Of a stretch of 64,000 nucleotides of DNA, positions 61,645 through 64,000 are shown in pieces; positions within the stretch are counted from its first letter, which is position 1, and the number at the start of each line of letters is the position of its first letter. The notes beneath the pieces were generated by a model that was given only the letters and a program-made list of their open reading frames with translations, made no database searches and was not told the DNA's origin. The position numbers and the translations under genes were made by a program. The DNA is taken from positions 71,662 to 135,661 of the IMG/VR virus record IMGVR_UViG_3300017791_000355. One strand, given 5' to 3'. The DNA is from a virus. Its lineage: Duplodnaviria; Caudoviricetes.

Positions 61645-62196
61645 ATGACCGCGAACAACCTGAACTGCACGAAGTGCCTCGGAGTAGGCGAGCGACACGA
61701 CGCATACGCCGAGTTCAACCCGACCACGAAGGAATTCTCCGGCGGCATGCGCCGCTGCACGTGGTGCGAGGGGCGCGGCACGTTCCCCGCACTCGATGTC
61801 GCGGCGACCATCGCCGCGATCATGACCACCCGGGGTGCCAAGCGAATCCGCAAGAGCATGGTCTCTCCGACGGCGCGCGACCCGCTTGCCCGCCGCGCCT
61901 ACTACGTGTGGCGCCTCGCGCGCTTCCACGGCGGCGCGGACGTGACGATGCCAATGATGGCGATGCTGCTGATCGAGGGGGACCCGACGATCGCCCAGCT
62001 CGATGTCGTCGCGGACCGCGTCGCGCTCGCTGCGTTCGGCACATCACGCGCCGCGGTCAGTCGGTGGGGCCGCGCGCTCGGGCACGACGTCCCGGACGTG
62101 CCCGGACTTCCGGCGAGTGCCTACGAGGGCGGACCAGTGCACGACGGGAACGATCCGATCACCACGATGATCCTCGCGAGCGAGGGGAGGGAATAG
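61645..62196 (+). CDS. Zn-finger early protein
   Basis: CTKC.G.G and CTWC.G.G motifs; first gene of the rightward operon. Confidence 0.6.
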   Translation: MTANNLNCTKCLGVGERHDAYAEFNPTTKEFSGGMRRCTWCEGRGTFPALDVAATIAAIMTTRGAKRIRKSMVSPTARDPLARRAYYVWRLARFHGGADVTMPMMAMLLIEGDPTIAQLDVVADRVALAAFGTSRAAVSRWGRALGHDVPDVPGLPASAYEGGPVHDGNDPITTMILASEGRE

Positions 62197-62200
62197 ACTA

Positions 62201-62635
62201 GTGCAGACTCTCATTCAGGCGATCATGTCCACGTACGAGGCGCGGGAAAACAACGTCAAGTCCGGTAATCAGGAGTGGCTCGCGATCCACTCCCAGCAAC
62301 TCGGCTCGCTGTTCTCGTTGCTACCGAGCGGGTCGGGGATCGATTCAGGAACCACTGTCAAGGCAGTCAGCGCCGATCGGTTGCTCCTCGCGTGCTCCTA
62401 CCACCACATGAACGATGTGGGCTACTACGACGGCTGGACCGAGCACATCATTCGCGTAACGCCGGATTGGCGCGGCATCAAGATCACGATCTCGGGCCCG
62501 AACCGAAACGAGATCAAGGATTACTTGTACGACGTCTACCACGCGGCGCTGACTGCGCCGGTGGAGTACGTCGAGGGGGACCGCTACCGTTTCGTCCAGG
62601 ACGACAACACCGCAAACACTACGGAGTCCAAGTGA
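62201..62635 (+). CDS. Conserved phage hypothetical protein
   Basis: LPSGSGID and YHHMN..GYYDGWT motifs. Confidence 0.65.
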   Translation: MQTLIQAIMSTYEARENNVKSGNQEWLAIHSQQLGSLFSLLPSGSGIDSGTTVKAVSADRLLLACSYHHMNDVGYYDGWTEHIIRVTPDWRGIKITISGPNRNEIKDYLYDVYHAALTAPVEYVEGDRYRFVQDDNTANTTESK

Positions 62636-62928
62636 AGATCGAGATCGAGATCCCAGACGAAATCGTCGAGTCGTACGTGCAGCGCGCTCGCGCCGCGATC
62701 GCGTATTGGTGCAAGTCGTGGGACCACACCGAAGATGGCGTGGTCTTGCGCTGTCACGACCACTGGGAGGAGTACCGGATCGGTCGCGCGGCACTCAAAC
62801 GCGCTGTCATCCTCATGGCCGAGCGCTATCCTCATCACTTCAAGGATATCCTCGCCGACACCGGTGACGCGTACACGGGCGATATCCTCGTCCAGCTAGC
62901 CGCGTTCGGGGAAGAGCGGTACTGCTAA

Positions 62929-63375
62929 ATGCGAAGCGAAATCACGAAGCTCGTGCGCGAACACGTCGCGCTGGACGAAGGCACGAAGCGACTCATCACC
63001 ATGGCCACGTGCGACCTGTACGACGGTCCGCTCGCGGTCGATGACCCGGACTATCCAGGCTTCGAGACCGCGTGTGCGCGGATCCGCGACGCACTCGACT
63101 CGCACCGCTCGTTGTGGGTCAACGTGGAGTGCGGCCACGTCCAGGAAACCGAACCACAGTGGACCGTGACGTGCGGTGAGTGCGACGGCACGGGATGGGT
63201 CGAGTGCGATTCCTGCGACGGAGTCGTCGAGCCACCGTGCGAGCTACTGGTCAAATGCGATTACTGCAACGGAGTCGGCGAGCTCTCGTGCGAGCTACCG
63301 GAAGATTGGATGCAACTCGACTCGCGCCACATCCGCGCAGCCCTCGTCGGCAAGGAGCTAGCATTCTATGTCTAG
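62929..63375 (+). CDS. DnaJ-type CxxCxGxG zinc-finger protein
   Basis: CGECDGTG, CDSCDG and CDYCNGVG repeats. Confidence 0.6.
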   Translation: MRSEITKLVREHVALDEGTKRLITMATCDLYDGPLAVDDPDYPGFETACARIRDALDSHRSLWVNVECGHVQETEPQWTVTCGECDGTGWVECDSCDGVVEPPCELLVKCDYCNGVGELSCELPEDWMQLDSRHIRAALVGKELAFYV

Positions 63376-63873
63376 GCTCCGAACCGACCTGGACGTGGAG
63401 CAGCGCGCCGCCGAGATCGTCGCGAGCATCCAGCACGAGTACGAGCGGGGCGGGTGGTTCGCGGTCATGTCGCCCGACGAGCAGGTCGGGTGGGATCTAC
63501 ACGACGACGAGGTATTCCTACCCGACTGTGAAGAACCTAGCAGGATCCCGACACCCGAGAACCGTCGCCAGATGGCCGGGTGGCTCGCGGCCGCGATCTA
63601 TGAGGAGTTGCGCGCGGACTACCTCGCGCGATGGGAAGCAAGTCGCAACAAGCTACTATCGTCGGAGTGGTGCGAGACGTGCGGTAGCTCGATCTCAGTG
63701 TGCCTCGCCTCGCGCGACGAGCTGGGCACGACGCAGTATCGGTGTCACCATCCCGAGGAGTGACTCGAGCACGCCACACTCGTCCAGGGAAGTGTTGCGC
63801 CCGCACCACGCTCGGCCTGGACGGGTGGACCGCGGACGGCCGTCGAGTCGGGGACTTGGCGCGCCGACGAACC

Positions 63874-63901
63874 AGGCACGCGAGATGCTAATCCCCTGGA
63901 C
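63874..63901 (+). promoter_or_regulatory. Sigma54-like promoter plus a CCCTGGAC box
   Basis: AGGCACGCGAGATGCT...CCCTGGAC, then ATG at 63902. Confidence 0.55.
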
Positions 63902-64000
63902 ATGACCCGAATCGACATCCACCGGCCGTCGACGATCATTCCAGCGCACTACGAGCAGTGGAATGATTACTCGCTGCAGCGCGGCATGATCCCGGCGTTC

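Larger units (their letters stand above)
1..64000. mobile_element. Segment of a tailed phage or prophage genome
   Basis: TerL, endolysin, phage replication genes and dense small overlapping ORFs, with no host housekeeping operons. Confidence 0.92.

Overview
This window is a GC-rich, gene-dense segment of a large tailed-phage or prophage genome. The host is probably a myxobacterium (Myxococcota), inferred from a myxobacterial-type SspB, LAAC-type lipoproteins with Cys-rich repeats, and sigma54-like promoters. It covers nucleotide metabolism (thyA end, dNMP kinase, HD hydrolase, HAD phosphatase) and replication/recombination (a family A DNA polymerase split into two genes, primase-VirE helicase, two SF2 helicases, a Cas4/RecB-like nuclease, a RuvC-like resolvase). 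It also encodes Dam and C5 methyltransferases, an ECF sigma factor, a LuxR regulator, a GH25 endolysin, an isolated large terminase, secreted moron-like proteins, and a divergent early region with an Ocr-like protein and a paralogous cassette array. The stand-out feature is at 22.8-24.2 kb. There, a stand-alone Cas7/RAMP-like gene and an accessory gene are flanked by three non-coding units of (GGY-NN) pentamers, each ending in the same covarying hairpin. This is a candidate non-CRISPR RNA-guided system. Also notable are about 15 copies of an ECF-type promoter, a recurrent GTCCAGG-N7-CCTGGAC palindrome, seven sigma54-type promoters, and translation/proteostasis factors (a GGQ domain, SspB). All family calls come from motif recognition by eye; no database searches were run. 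Many small hypothetical ORFs are not listed individually.
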